Source: an uncultured virus (IMG/VR IMGVR_UViG_3300021961_000069)
Lineage: Duplodnaviria; Heunggongvirae; Uroviricota; Caudoviricetes
Virus record (IMG/VR): IMGVR_UViG_3300021961_000069
DNA length: 64,000 bases
Direction: 5' to 3' (one strand)
The notes beneath the pieces are model-generated. The model was not told where the DNA came from and made no database searches. It saw nothing but the letters and a program-made list of their open reading frames with translations. Numbering within the stretch: the stretch's first letter is position 1; every line of letters starts with the position of its first letter. Shown piece after piece: positions 1-9,010 of the stretch. The position numbers and the translations under genes were made by a program.

Positions 1-20
1 CAAAAGTCAAAGAAGAATAT

Positions 21-293
21 ATGGGTTGGGAATATACTACCAGTGAAGAAGATTATGGTGATGTAATGAAACTATCACATGTCGCTAAAAAGGGCGACGA
101 AGAAGTAGATATAGATTGGAGCCCATACAGCAAGATGAAAGATGAAGAATTTAAATTATGGCTAGACTTAGGCATGCCTACACGCAAAGATGTGAATAGC
201 GTTGGACCGTTAGACATGGATGACTTGAAAAAATTAGCGATGGCTAAAGGTGTATCAAACTTAGATCCTAAACTAGCGAAGGCGGGGATGTAA
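21..293 (+). CDS. Hypothetical protein (true start may lie upstream of the window)
   Basis: 90-aa ORF whose stop overlaps the next start (TAATG); no recognisable motif. Confidence 0.6.
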   Translation: MGWEYTTSEEDYGDVMKLSHVAKKGDEEVDIDWSPYSKMKDEEFKLWLDLGMPTRKDVNSVGPLDMDDLKKLAMAKGVSNLDPKLAKAGM

Positions 294-493
294 TGGACGA
301 GCTAGAAGAGATTAAAAAACTAGCTGGCATCAACGAATTCAAAGGATATCAACCTTGGCAAGGCAGTAACGTTTCTATAACTGGTAACGAGAAACAGCAG
401 TTAGAGAAGAAGCATAAAATCAAACCAGGAACACCAGAGTGGTTCAAGCTATGGTTTTCCAAACCTTATCTTACAGGAGAGAAACCAATATGA
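293..493 (+). CDS. Small phage protein, possible internal head protein
   Basis: 66 aa, translationally coupled on both sides; N-terminal [11 protein letters not shown] resembles QELRMLAGL in 3914..4822. Confidence 0.6.
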   Translation: MDELEEIKKLAGINEFKGYQPWQGSNVSITGNEKQQLEKKHKIKPGTPEWFKLWFSKPYLTGEKPI

Positions 494-816
494 TTACTAT
501 AACTGATTCTGCTGTTAAAAAAATCAGAGAAATCATAGAAGAAGAGAACGATCCTAACATCAAGGTGCGTATGTTCGTGCAAGGTGGCGGATGCTCAGGT
601 TTCCAATATGGATTCACCCTCGATGACGAGGGAGTACAGGACGGTGACTTTGACATAGAGAAAGACGGTGTTCATATCTTAGTTGATGGTATGAGCAGTC
701 AATATGTCCAAGGTGCCGAGGTGGATTACACAGAAAGCGTGACTGGTAGCCAGTTCGCGATCCGTAATCCAAATGCGACTACTACGTGTGGTTGCGGTTC
801 ATCATTTAGCGTATAA
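490..816 (+). CDS. erpA: A-type Fe-S cluster carrier (HesB/IscA/ErpA family)
   Basis: MITITDSA start at 490 after [16 protein letters not shown] and C-terminal TCGCGSSF hallmark motifs. Confidence 0.92.
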   Translation: MITITDSAVKKIREIIEEENDPNIKVRMFVQGGGCSGFQYGFTLDDEGVQDGDFDIEKDGVHILVDGMSSQYVQGAEVDYTESVTGSQFAIRNPNATTTCGCGSSFSV

Positions 817-827
817 AGGAGAAGATT

Positions 828-1034
828 ATGCGTAAATTTAGTATGTTCTGGATCATAGCCAGTATGTTTGGTGCTTCAGCATTCGCGGCAGAAGGTGTTA
901 CGCCTCGCGAAGTCGAAGAAGAGAAACGTACAGAAGCACGCTGTGAATCCTGGAAGAAGGAAAGAGGCAACAAGTATGCCAAAGTTCCTGGTTCCAGACT
1001 GGTATGTGCTGATAAAAAAGAAACCAAGAAGTAA
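828..1034 (+). CDS. Small secreted protein with signal peptide
   Basis: AAGGAG SD; MRK + hydrophobic stretch + AFA|AE cleavage site; two Cys in the mature part. Confidence 0.65.
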   Translation: MRKFSMFWIIASMFGASAFAAEGVTPREVEEEKRTEARCESWKKERGNKYAKVPGSRLVCADKKETKK

Positions 1035-1049
1035 CAGGTTTCTTCTCTA

Positions 1050-1772
1050 ATGATGAAAAAACTATATCTTTTATTTTTGTTCTTTTTTTCCGCAACAGCA
1101 TTGGCTGATGCGAACCCAGAGATATGGCCCTATACCAAAGAGCTATTGTTTGGAGAGAGACAGGTACAAGATGTAGATACCTTAGAGCTAAGTATAACGG
1201 GACCTGTTAGGGCATCAAGCGGTGCGCAGGTCCCCGTAACTTTAGCCGTAAATACAGATAGATTCGTGAGACTATATCTAGTCATAGATGCTAATCCTCA
1301 TCAACACGCAGGAACATTCTATCTCACAGAATACACCAAGAAAACTGAGATCAGCACACGCATAAGGATGGAGACTGACAGTTTCGTTAGGGTGGTGGGA
1401 GAGACCGCAGACGGCGAATTATATATGCACGCTGTCGCTATAAGAGCCAGCGGTGGATGCTCAGGTTATATGGATGTACATGATCCAGAGCTTACCAAGG
1501 ATCTAGGTAAGATATTATACAAGAAAAAAGACAATGAACAGGTTACTAGGATCAAGCATCCTATGTTCACCGGATTACAGAAAGATTTAGATTCAGGAGG
1601 ATATATCCCTGAATGGACCATCAAGACTATAACTTGGCAGGACGGTGACAAAGTCATACTAAAAGCCGTGACTAATATCAGCATCAGCCAAGACCCTTAC
1701 ATTAAATTTACATACGATGGCGATGTAACCGTAAGCGCCACTGACACTAAAGGAAACGAATTTACACAATGA
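1050..1772 (+). CDS. Fused SoxY-SoxZ-like periplasmic carrier (quinoprotein-dehydrogenase-associated SoxYZ-like type)
   Basis: Signal peptide (ALA|DA); SoxY-like VPV..IDANP..TRIRM..IRASGGCS; SoxZ-like IKHPMFTGLQ.D...YIP and ISISQDP.IKF. Confidence 0.8.
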   Translation: MMKKLYLLFLFFFSATALADANPEIWPYTKELLFGERQVQDVDTLELSITGPVRASSGAQVPVTLAVNTDRFVRLYLVIDANPHQHAGTFYLTEYTKKTEISTRIRMETDSFVRVVGETADGELYMHAVAIRASGGCSGYMDVHDPELTKDLGKILYKKKDNEQVTRIKHPMFTGLQKDLDSGGYIPEWTIKTITWQDGDKVILKAVTNISISQDPYIKFTYDGDVTVSATDTKGNEFTQ

Positions 1773-2968
1773 GAGCGAGTGATTTAGCGTTACCTAAAGG
1801 AATGAAAGTCTATCTAGATATGGACGGTGTCCTAGCAGACTTTTTCTCTGAGTACGCTAAACTAGCAGGCGTGACTTCATACAGAGAGATTCCTCCGGCC
1901 AAAGCAGATCCTACATTGAACAAGATGATAGGCACTGATTTTTTTGACAAGTTATCTAAGTTTCCATCAGCAGACAAACTAGTAGATATCGCTGTAGAAG
2001 CCGCAGGCAGTTACGGAATCATTTCTAGCCCATTGAGAGGAGATTTCGAGAACTCTGCTCTAAACAAGAAAAAATGGGTCAAGAGAGAACTAACACCACA
2101 ACCAACTGAAGTGTATATCACTCCTAACAAAGCCAAATATGCTATAGGTCCAGATGGTATGCCCAATGTACTCATAGATGACAGAGGGACTAACATAACC
2201 GCTTGGGAAGCCGCTGGTGGTATTGGCATCAAATATCAAGCTGACGAGAACTCATTAAAGGTAGTGCTTGATGGACTTAAACGTGCTAGGAGAGTGGGTA
2301 GTGGTGCTGAAAAACTAGAACCACAAAATCTAGTCAGTAAAGATAGAGGTGGAAGTACTGCCATCGCCACTGACGATGAAGAAACTAAAGAAAGCATCTA
2401 TCAATTGAAAGACGCTGTGCCACAGCCAGGACCTAGCTCTGGTGCTCCTACGAAATTCGCTCCAGGCACGGAGATTGAAACTAAAAAGATGACAGCCAAA
2501 GAAATCATATCTTCTATACCAGATGTACCGTATTACAATAATGTAGTGGATGATTATGATGCCAAAGATTTTGGTTGGGATGTTACCAAAAAAGTCATTG
2601 AGTATGCCAAGTATCTCAAGCAACATCCAGAAAGTCTAAAAAAATTACCTCCTATACAGGTGTTGAATGGTAAGTTCAAAGATGGTGCCCATAGAGTTTC
2701 TGCGATATGGTTATTGCAACAGAGGATGGACAGCAAGAATCCTCTATGGAGTAATGCTAAATTAGATGTCCAATTCGTCGAGGAAAGTGTTGGAGAAAAC
2801 TTCGCGGATGGTAAGGTAAAAGGCAAGAGCCGTCCAGGACGTGTAAAGAAGGCTGGCGCCAGTTGTAAAGGTAGCGTGACTGACTTGAGAGCAAAGGCAA
2901 AAAAGTATAGCGGTGAGAAAGGTAAAATGTATCACTGGTGCGCCAATATGAAAGGTGGTAAGAAGTGA
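1769..2968 (+). CDS. HAD-family 5'(3')-deoxyribonucleotidase (NT5C-like) fused to a ParB-like domain and a basic C-terminal module
   Basis: YLDMDGVLADF (HAD motif I), NK.KW, VLIDDR..NI..WEAAGGIGI; PPIQV...KDGAHRVSA is ParB/Srx-like; tail begins ENFADGK. Confidence 0.75.
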   Translation: MRASDLALPKGMKVYLDMDGVLADFFSEYAKLAGVTSYREIPPAKADPTLNKMIGTDFFDKLSKFPSADKLVDIAVEAAGSYGIISSPLRGDFENSALNKKKWVKRELTPQPTEVYITPNKAKYAIGPDGMPNVLIDDRGTNITAWEAAGGIGIKYQADENSLKVVLDGLKRARRVGSGAEKLEPQNLVSKDRGGSTAIATDDEETKESIYQLKDAVPQPGPSSGAPTKFAPGTEIETKKMTAKEIISSIPDVPYYNNVVDDYDAKDFGWDVTKKVIEYAKYLKQHPESLKKLPPIQVLNGKFKDGAHRVSAIWLLQQRMDSKNPLWSNAKLDVQFVEESVGENFADGKVKGKSRPGRVKKAGASCKGSVTDLRAKAKKYSGEKGKMYHWCANMKGGKK

Positions 2969-2969
2969 T

Positions 2970-3119
2970 ATGTGGAACCTATACGAAAGTAAATTCTATC
3001 GTTGGCTAGATGCTGACAAAACAGGCAATCGTTGGGAATGGTTTGGAATGATATTGTTTGTAGCGGCATTAGTCGGTTATGGAGTTATCGTTTGGTGGAT
3101 GGAATCATCCGCTATCTAA
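2970..3119 (+). CDS. Small membrane protein (49 aa; below the ORF-track cutoff)
   Basis: Hand translation MWNLYESKFYRWLDADKTGNRWEWFGMILFVAALVGYGVIVWWMESSAI fills the gap exactly and contains one TM helix. Confidence 0.6.
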   Translation: MWNLYESKFYRWLDADKTGNRWEWFGMILFVAALVGYGVIVWWMESSAI

Positions 3120-3129
3120 ACAACGCTAG

Positions 3130-3136
3130 ATAAATA
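3130..3136 (+). promoter_or_regulatory. T4-like late promoter (ATAAATA)
   Basis: Resembles the gp55 TATAAATA box; 7 nt before ATG 3144. Confidence 0.6.
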
Positions 3137-3143
3137 CAATACT

Positions 3144-3524
3144 ATGAAGATTAACGAAATATTATCAGAATTAAAAAATTTACCTAGACAGTTGAAAGAC
3201 CCTGAGACTGAAGTTTTAGTCGTCGATAAACAAGGTAAAACCATCGTTATTGACAAAAAGGATCAAGACGAATACCTAGCTAAAGGTTGGAGCCTAGCAG
3301 AATCTGCTACAGCAGGTGCTACATCATCAGCTAGTATAGCTACTGTTGCTAATCCTCACATCAGCCCAGGATCAGCACGCGGTAAGAAGAGCTATATAGG
3401 TGATCCACGCACAGGACGTAGTGGAACTAAAGCACCTCCACAGCCAAAAGCTAAGAAAATTAAACCAACAGACAATGCGCTAGACATGGATGTAAGTATC
3501 TTTGGCGCACCACTAAAAAGATAA
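3144..3524 (+). CDS. Putative internal head protein
   Basis: MKINEIL N-terminus, LAE|S site followed by ATAGATSSASIA; preceded by a late box. Confidence 0.6.
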   Translation: MKINEILSELKNLPRQLKDPETEVLVVDKQGKTIVIDKKDQDEYLAKGWSLAESATAGATSSASIATVANPHISPGSARGKKSYIGDPRTGRSGTKAPPQPKAKKIKPTDNALDMDVSIFGAPLKR

Positions 3525-3532
3525 ATAGATAT

Positions 3533-3901
3533 ATGGACCACGAAATCATTAAAAAAGACGATCATGAAGCTAAAATGGCACGTGCTGATTTATATAAGTT
3601 AGCTCAGTATTCTGCTAAATTGTTTAAAATGATCGAAGAAAACGAAGAACTAGATGGTTGGGTGCAGAGCAAAATCACTAAAGCCAGCGATTATATTTCT
3701 TCAGTTTATCATTATCTCGAATATGAAAAAATGCAACACGATAGCATGGAATCTGCACCGCAAGATGTAGAGGAAAGCATCAAAGAATCTATTAAGAAAG
3801 ATTTACAAGAGAAGTGGAGCGAGAAATATAAAAGCTCTATCAACTGTAATAACCCCAAAGGATTCAGCCAGAAAGCCCACTGCGCTGGACGTAAAAAATA
3901 A
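3533..3901 (+). CDS. Putative internal head protein
   Basis: LDGWVQSKITKA.DY helical motif; C-terminal EKWSEKYKSSINCNNPKGFSQKAHC module; ATAAATA at 3521-3527. Confidence 0.6.
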   Translation: MDHEIIKKDDHEAKMARADLYKLAQYSAKLFKMIEENEELDGWVQSKITKASDYISSVYHYLEYEKMQHDSMESAPQDVEESIKESIKKDLQEKWSEKYKSSINCNNPKGFSQKAHCAGRKK

Positions 3902-3913
3902 GGAATCATCAAC

Positions 3914-4822
3914 ATGGACTTTAAAGACATCATCAACAAAGTAGCTGAGCTTAACGACGAAGTAGAATACGTTAAGGCACCTGAATTAGAAAAAGCACCT
4001 CAATTAAACGAGGATCAAGAACTTCGTATGTTAGCAGGACTAAAACCACTAACAGAATCTGCTGTAAAAGAAATCGTTACAGAAGCTGAAGAAGTGGTAG
4101 CAGAACTTGACAATATGCAGACTGGTGAAAAGAAAAAATCTGCTACAGGTGGTACTATCGAAAAGACTGCTACAGGCTACAAACACCACGGTAAGAAATA
4201 TGGTGGTTCAGCAGATGATGAAGAAAAAGATAAAGATGATGACATGGATGAAGCTGTAGAGTCTGAAGAAGAAGTAGTTGATGAAGCTTCTGAAGCACAG
4301 AAAAAAGCACGTGAAAAATTCATGGCTATGGTAAAGGGCAAAAAAGCAGAAAAAGATGATAAAAAAGAAGAGTCTGTTAAAGAAGCTAAAAAAGCAAAAC
4401 CAGATTTTTTAGACATGGACAAAGATGGCGATAAAAAAGAGCCAATGAAGAAAGCACTCAAAGACAAGAAAGATAAAAAGACTGATGAAGGTGCTTGCAA
4501 GTCTAAAAAGAAAATGAAAGAAGGTAAGTACAAGTCAGACGCACAACGTAAAGCTGTTCATGCTAACAAAATGAAAAAAGAATCAGTTAATGAGTCAGCA
4601 GATGATGTGTTATCATTCCGTGAAATGGCTAAATTAGTCAAAGAAAGCGGTGGTCAGCAACGCATTGATGCTACAGACACAGCACTTTGGACATGGGCTA
4701 AACGTGTAGCTGGTAACAAATTCGAAGACAAAACACGCCAAGAAGTGTACGCAGGCTTAGTATATGAGCGCATGGGCGGACATTTTGACATGGTAGATGT
4801 GTTAGCTGAACAGCAAGACTAA
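3914..4822 (+). CDS. Lys/Glu-rich putative prohead core or internal protein
   Basis: Highly charged; many [LVM]xE[ASG] sites; EF-hand-like DMDKDGD. Confidence 0.6.
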   Translation: MDFKDIINKVAELNDEVEYVKAPELEKAPQLNEDQELRMLAGLKPLTESAVKEIVTEAEEVVAELDNMQTGEKKKSATGGTIEKTATGYKHHGKKYGGSADDEEKDKDDDMDEAVESEEEVVDEASEAQKKAREKFMAMVKGKKAEKDDKKEESVKEAKKAKPDFLDMDKDGDKKEPMKKALKDKKDKKTDEGACKSKKKMKEGKYKSDAQRKAVHANKMKKESVNESADDVLSFREMAKLVKESGGQQRIDATDTALWTWAKRVAGNKFEDKTRQEVYAGLVYERMGGHFDMVDVLAEQQD

Positions 4823-4838
4823 CTTTACCAAAATATCC

Positions 4839-4872
4839 AAAAAGCCAGTTAAATCATTGACTGGCTTTTTTT
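4839..4872. terminator. Bidirectional-type intrinsic terminator
   Basis: AAAAAGCCAGT...ACTGGCTTTTTTT inverted repeat with A and T tails. Confidence 0.8.
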
Positions 4873-4885
4873 ATGGCTGTATAAT
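4857..4885 (+). promoter_or_regulatory. Sigma70-type promoter
   Basis: TTGACT-17 bp-TATAAT; the -35 lies inside the terminator hairpin. Confidence 0.8.
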
Positions 4886-4908
4886 ATAGTGTATAGGAGA
4901 ATATAATT

Positions 4909-5184
4909 ATGGCAAGAATGTATGGACCAGAAGAAAAAGCAAAACTTGATAACTTAATCCGCGAGGGATCTACAGTGTTCCGCGAAGTGGAGGATCTACA
5001 AGAAGGCTTGAAAGAAACAGTTAAAGCGGTAGCAGAAGAACTACAGCTTAAACCAAGTATCATCAACAAAGCTATCCGTATCGCACACAAAGGCGATTGG
5101 CAGGCACACGAAGAAGAGTGGCAAGAGATCGAAGGCATCTTAGGTATAACTAAGAATCTGCCTGGTGATGATGCAACGAGTTAA
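4909..5184 (+). CDS. DsbA-like (T4 dsDNA-binding)/GapR-like small DNA-binding protein
   Basis: 91-aa helical pattern ...EDLQEGLKETVKAVAEELQLKPSIINKAIRIAHK; AGGAG SD. Confidence 0.6.
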   Translation: MARMYGPEEKAKLDNLIREGSTVFREVEDLQEGLKETVKAVAEELQLKPSIINKAIRIAHKGDWQAHEEEWQEIEGILGITKNLPGDDATS

Positions 5185-5452
5185 GGATTTTTGGTTAGAC
5201 AGTTATCACAGTGATAAGATAGCGTTTGGTTTTGAACTAACCAGTTTTATCACTACCGTAGCAGGTAGCCTTACGCTAGCTCTACAAGCAGTAAATCCTG
5301 ATATGCTGGTAGTGTATCCAATGTTTTTCGTAGGTAGCGTAACGGGCGCTTATGCGTATCTTAGACGTGGTATAGCGTGGCCCTTGATGTTAACTACATA
5401 TTTTGCTATAATAAATGTATTCGGGTTTGGCGTTGCGGCGCATTGGTGGTAA
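5165..5452 (+). CDS. Small membrane protein (about 3 TM helices)
   Basis: Three hydrophobic segments in 95 aa. Confidence 0.6.
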   Translation: MMMQRVKDFWLDSYHSDKIAFGFELTSFITTVAGSLTLALQAVNPDMLVVYPMFFVGSVTGAYAYLRRGIAWPLMLTTYFAIINVFGFGVAAHWW

Positions 5453-5468
5453 TAAATAGATTGAAGAA

Positions 5469-5520
5469 GGTACTATCAGCCATAAATGATGTTTTCGGTA
5501 TTTGTGAGCCCTAAGTCACA
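5469..5520 (+). promoter_or_regulatory. Tandem hairpins in the polymerase leader (candidate translational operator)
   Basis: GGTA..ATCA-GCCATAAA-TGAT and GGTA..TGTGA-GCCCTAAG-TCACA immediately 5' of the AAGGAG SD. Confidence 0.5.
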
Positions 5521-5534
5521 TATTAAGGAGATAA

Positions 5535-8201
5535 ATGAGTTACGTAGATGCATTCTATGATCGTGATCAGGATATGATCAATGTCGTTGAGAGAGACGAC
5601 AAAGGTAAAAGACATTTCAGAGAATATCCAGCACGACATCTTTTCTATTACAAAGATCCAAAAGGTAAGTTCCAATCAATCAAAGGTGAACCTCTCACAC
5701 GTGTAACCTGTAAGAACGTAAAAGAACTACGCAAAGAGCTGGCTATACAGAGCAACAAGGAACTATACGAATCCGATATCAATCCAATTTATCGCTGTTT
5801 AGAAGACAACTATCTTAATGTAGATGCTCCAAAACTAAACGTAGCGTTTTGGGACATCGAGGTTGACTTTGATCCTGAGCGTGGCTATGCGGCTCCAGAA
5901 GATGCTTTCATGCCGATAACTGCTATCACTGTACATCTACAATGGATGGACACGTTGGTAACATTGGCTTTACCTCCTAAGACACTTTCGATGGAAGAAG
6001 CGACTAAACAAGTCGAATCTTTTCCAAACACCATGCTGTTTGAGCAAGAAGCTGATATGTTAGAAGCATTCTTAGATCTCATAGAAGACGCTGATGTATT
6101 ATCAGGTTGGAACAGCGAAGGCTTTGATATGCCATATACTGTAAACCGTATCATTAAAGTTTTAAGTAAAGAAGATACAAGGCGTTTGTGTTTATGGGAT
6201 CAATATCCTAAGAAACGTGAATATGAAAAATATGGGAAACTATCTCAAACCTATGATCTAATGGGACGTGTTCATATCGATAGTTTAGAACTATATCGAA
6301 AATATACCTATGAAGAAAGACATACCTATAGATTAGATGCTATCGGTGAGATGGAGATTGGTGAGAACAAAACAGTCTATGAAGGAACATTGGATCAATT
6401 ATACAACAACGACTTCAAGACATTCATAGAATACAACAGACAAGACGTGGCACTGTTGGACAAGTTGGATCAGAAACTTAAATTTATCGACTTAGCAAAT
6501 ACCATCGCACACGAGAATACTGTTCTCATACAAACAACAATGGGTGCTGTTGCTGTTACAGAACAAGCGATTATCAACGAAGCACACAGACGAGGTATGA
6601 TAGTTCCTAATAGAATAAGACGTGAGCCTGGTAGTGAGCCTGCGGCAGGTGCCTATGTTGCTTATCCTAAGAAAGGCATCCACGAATGGATCGGTTCTTT
6701 AGATATTAACTCACTGTATCCGTCGGCGATTCGGGCACTTAACATGGGTCCAGAAACTATCGTAGGACAGCTAAGACAAACCGGAACTAAAAACTTAATC
6801 GAAACTGAAATGGCCAAAGGTAAATCTTTCGCTAATGCTTGGGAAGGTAAGTTTGGTAGTTTAGAATATGACGCTGTGATGGAAAAAGAAGTCAGCAGAG
6901 AAATTACTATCGACTGGGAAGAGGGCGGAGAAGATACTCTCAGTGCCGCACAGGTCTATGATTTGATATTCGAAAGCAATCAACCTTGGATGTTATCAGC
7001 GAACGGTACTATCTTTACCTATGAAACAGAAGGTATCATACCAGGTTTGCTTAAGCGTTGGTATGCAGAGCGTAAAGAAATGCAGACTAAACTGCGTGAA
7101 TGTATCAAAGCGGGTAACAAGATCGAAGAAGAGTATTGGGATAAGCGACAGTTAGTTAAGAAGATTAACTTAAACTCACTGTATGGTGCTATCTTAAATC
7201 CAGGCTGTCGTTTCTTTGATAACCGTATTGGACAATCAACTACATTAACTGGTAGGCAGATCGTTAAACACATGACTTCTAAAGTTAATGAAATCATCAC
7301 AGGAGAATATGAGCATACAGGTAAAGCGATCATATACGGTGACACTGACTCTGTATATTTTTCTGCTTATACTACACTTAAAAAAGAAATCGAGGCAGGT
7401 AATATTCCTTGGGATAAAGACAGTGTTACTACGCTTTATGATAATATCGGTGAAGAAGTTAATAGCACATTCATTAAGTTTATGCAAGATGCATTCCATT
7501 GTCCTAAAAACCGAGGTGATGTTATCAAAGCAGGTAGAGAGATAGTAGGTGTTAAAGGTCTGTTCATCACTAAGAAACGTTATGCTGTGTTAGTATATGA
7601 TCAAGAAGGCAAACGATTTGACGTAGATGGAAAAAATGGAAAGATCAAAGCTATGGGTTTAGATCTCAAGCGTTCAGACACTCCTGTGGTTATCCAAGAC
7701 TTCTTAAGCAAGGTATTAGAGCGTGTACTAGCAGGTGGACAGAAAGATGAAATCTTAGATTACATCACAGAATTCCGTGGTGAATTCAAAGGACGTCCGG
7801 GTTGGGAGAAAGGATCACCTAAACGTGCTAACAAGATCACAGAATATCAAGCCAAAGAAAAACGTGCTGGTAAAGCAAACATGCCAGGACATGTACGTGC
7901 TAGTATCAACTGGAATACACTGAAACGTATGCACGATGACAAATATTCTATACAGATCACAGACGGTGCTAAAGTTATCGTCTGTAGAGTAAAAGACAAT
8001 CCAATGGGATTTACTTCGGTAGCATATCCCGTAGATGAGCTGAGACTACCACAATGGTTCAAAGATCTTCCTTTTGATGACGCTACTATGGAAACCACAG
8101 TCATTGATGAGAAACTTGACAATCTTATTGGTGTTCTGGATTGGGATATCAGTTCAACAAGGAGTGATAATAATTTTAACAATTTATTTGATTTTGAATG
8201 A
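5535..8201 (+). CDS. Family B DNA polymerase (T4 gp43-like)
   Basis: Exo motifs WDIEV, GWNSEGFD, YNRQD; pol motifs SLDINSLYPS, KINLNSLYG, YGDTDS, KKRY; C-terminal NNLFDFE. Confidence 0.97.
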   Translation: MSYVDAFYDRDQDMINVVERDDKGKRHFREYPARHLFYYKDPKGKFQSIKGEPLTRVTCKNVKELRKELAIQSNKELYESDINPIYRCLEDNYLNVDAPKLNVAFWDIEVDFDPERGYAAPEDAFMPITAITVHLQWMDTLVTLALPPKTLSMEEATKQVESFPNTMLFEQEADMLEAFLDLIEDADVLSGWNSEGFDMPYTVNRIIKVLSKEDTRRLCLWDQYPKKREYEKYGKLSQTYDLMGRVHIDSLELYRKYTYEERHTYRLDAIGEMEIGENKTVYEGTLDQLYNNDFKTFIEYNRQDVALLDKLDQKLKFIDLANTIAHENTVLIQTTMGAVAVTEQAIINEAHRRGMIVPNRIRREPGSEPAAGAYVAYPKKGIHEWIGSLDINSLYPSAIRALNMGPETIVGQLRQTGTKNLIETEMAKGKSFANAWEGKFGSLEYDAVMEKEVSREITIDWEEGGEDTLSAAQVYDLIFESNQPWMLSANGTIFTYETEGIIPGLLKRWYAERKEMQTKLRECIKAGNKIEEEYWDKRQLVKKINLNSLYGAILNPGCRFFDNRIGQSTTLTGRQIVKHMTSKVNEIITGEYEHTGKAIIYGDTDSVYFSAYTTLKKEIEAGNIPWDKDSVTTLYDNIGEEVNSTFIKFMQDAFHCPKNRGDVIKAGREIVGVKGLFITKKRYAVLVYDQEGKRFDVDGKNGKIKAMGLDLKRSDTPVVIQDFLSKVLERVLAGGQKDEILDYITEFRGEFKGRPGWEKGSPKRANKITEYQAKEKRAGKANMPGHVRASINWNTLKRMHDDKYSIQITDGAKVIVCRVKDNPMGFTSVAYPVDELRLPQWFKDLPFDDATMETTVIDEKLDNLIGVLDWDISSTRSDNNFNNLFDFE

Positions 8202-8209
8202 TTTACGGG

Positions 8210-8238
8210 TTGATTTTTTCCATAGATCTAAATATAAT
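8210..8238 (+). promoter_or_regulatory. Sigma70-type promoter
   Basis: TTGATT-17 bp-TATAAT, with overlapping CTAAATA. Confidence 0.65.
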
Positions 8239-8264
8239 CTTAATATAACATGGAGGCTTCATAA

Positions 8265-9002
8265 ATGAAAGATATTTTACAAGACATCGTATCACACACG
8301 CAGAACCTAGGATTCTTGACCACTGTCAAAGTCGTAGGCACTGATGAATCAACAACTGTTAGCTCAATGGCTGACGATCGTTCAGTTATCATGGAAGCGA
8401 CTACTTCAGCACCATATGCAGATATGCTAGGTACTTTTGGTATGCCGCAGTTACAGAAACTAAAGTATCTGTTAGATGGTAGCGAATACAAAGAGGACGC
8501 TAAGATTACTATCACTAACGCAGAACGCAACGGCGAAACTATTCCAGTTGGTATCCATTTTGAAAATAAAGATGGCGACTTCAAGAATGATTACAGATTT
8601 ATGACTACTGAAGTAATCAATGAGAAGATGAAAACTATCAAGTTCCGTGGTGTTAGTTGGGACGTTGAAGTAGAGCCAAGCATGGCATCAGTACAGCGTT
8701 TTAACTTCCAAGCTGGCGCAAACGCAGAGCATCCAACATTCTTAGCGAAAACTGAAGAAGGTAACTTAAAATTTATCTTTGGTGATGCTTCAACACACGG
8801 TGGTGAATTTATATTTGCTATGGGTGTAGAAGGCAAACTAGATAGAGGTTGGACTTGGCCAGTGGCACCAATCTTAGCGATATTGAAAGTAGCAGATGTA
8901 AACAATACTAAAATGTCATTAAGCAACGAAGGTGCTATCCAAATTACATTAGACTCAGGATTAGCAAATTACAAATATATCATTCCAGCACAGGCGGCCT
9001 AA
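8265..9002 (+). CDS. Probable DNA sliding clamp (gp45/PCNA-like)
   Basis: 245 aa, acidic, two-domain alternating beta/alpha pattern, ends ..YKYIIPA, directly after PolB; inferred from size, pattern and context. Confidence 0.55.
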   Translation: MKDILQDIVSHTQNLGFLTTVKVVGTDESTTVSSMADDRSVIMEATTSAPYADMLGTFGMPQLQKLKYLLDGSEYKEDAKITITNAERNGETIPVGIHFENKDGDFKNDYRFMTTEVINEKMKTIKFRGVSWDVEVEPSMASVQRFNFQAGANAEHPTFLAKTEEGNLKFIFGDASTHGGEFIFAMGVEGKLDRGWTWPVAPILAILKVADVNNTKMSLSNEGAIQITLDSGLANYKYIIPAQAA

Positions 9003-9010
9003 ATAACATT

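Noticed and set aside
5535..8201. Intein, intron or split in the DNA polymerase
   Set aside because: All motifs are contiguous in an 888-aa ORF; no intein termini or homing-endonuclease motifs seen
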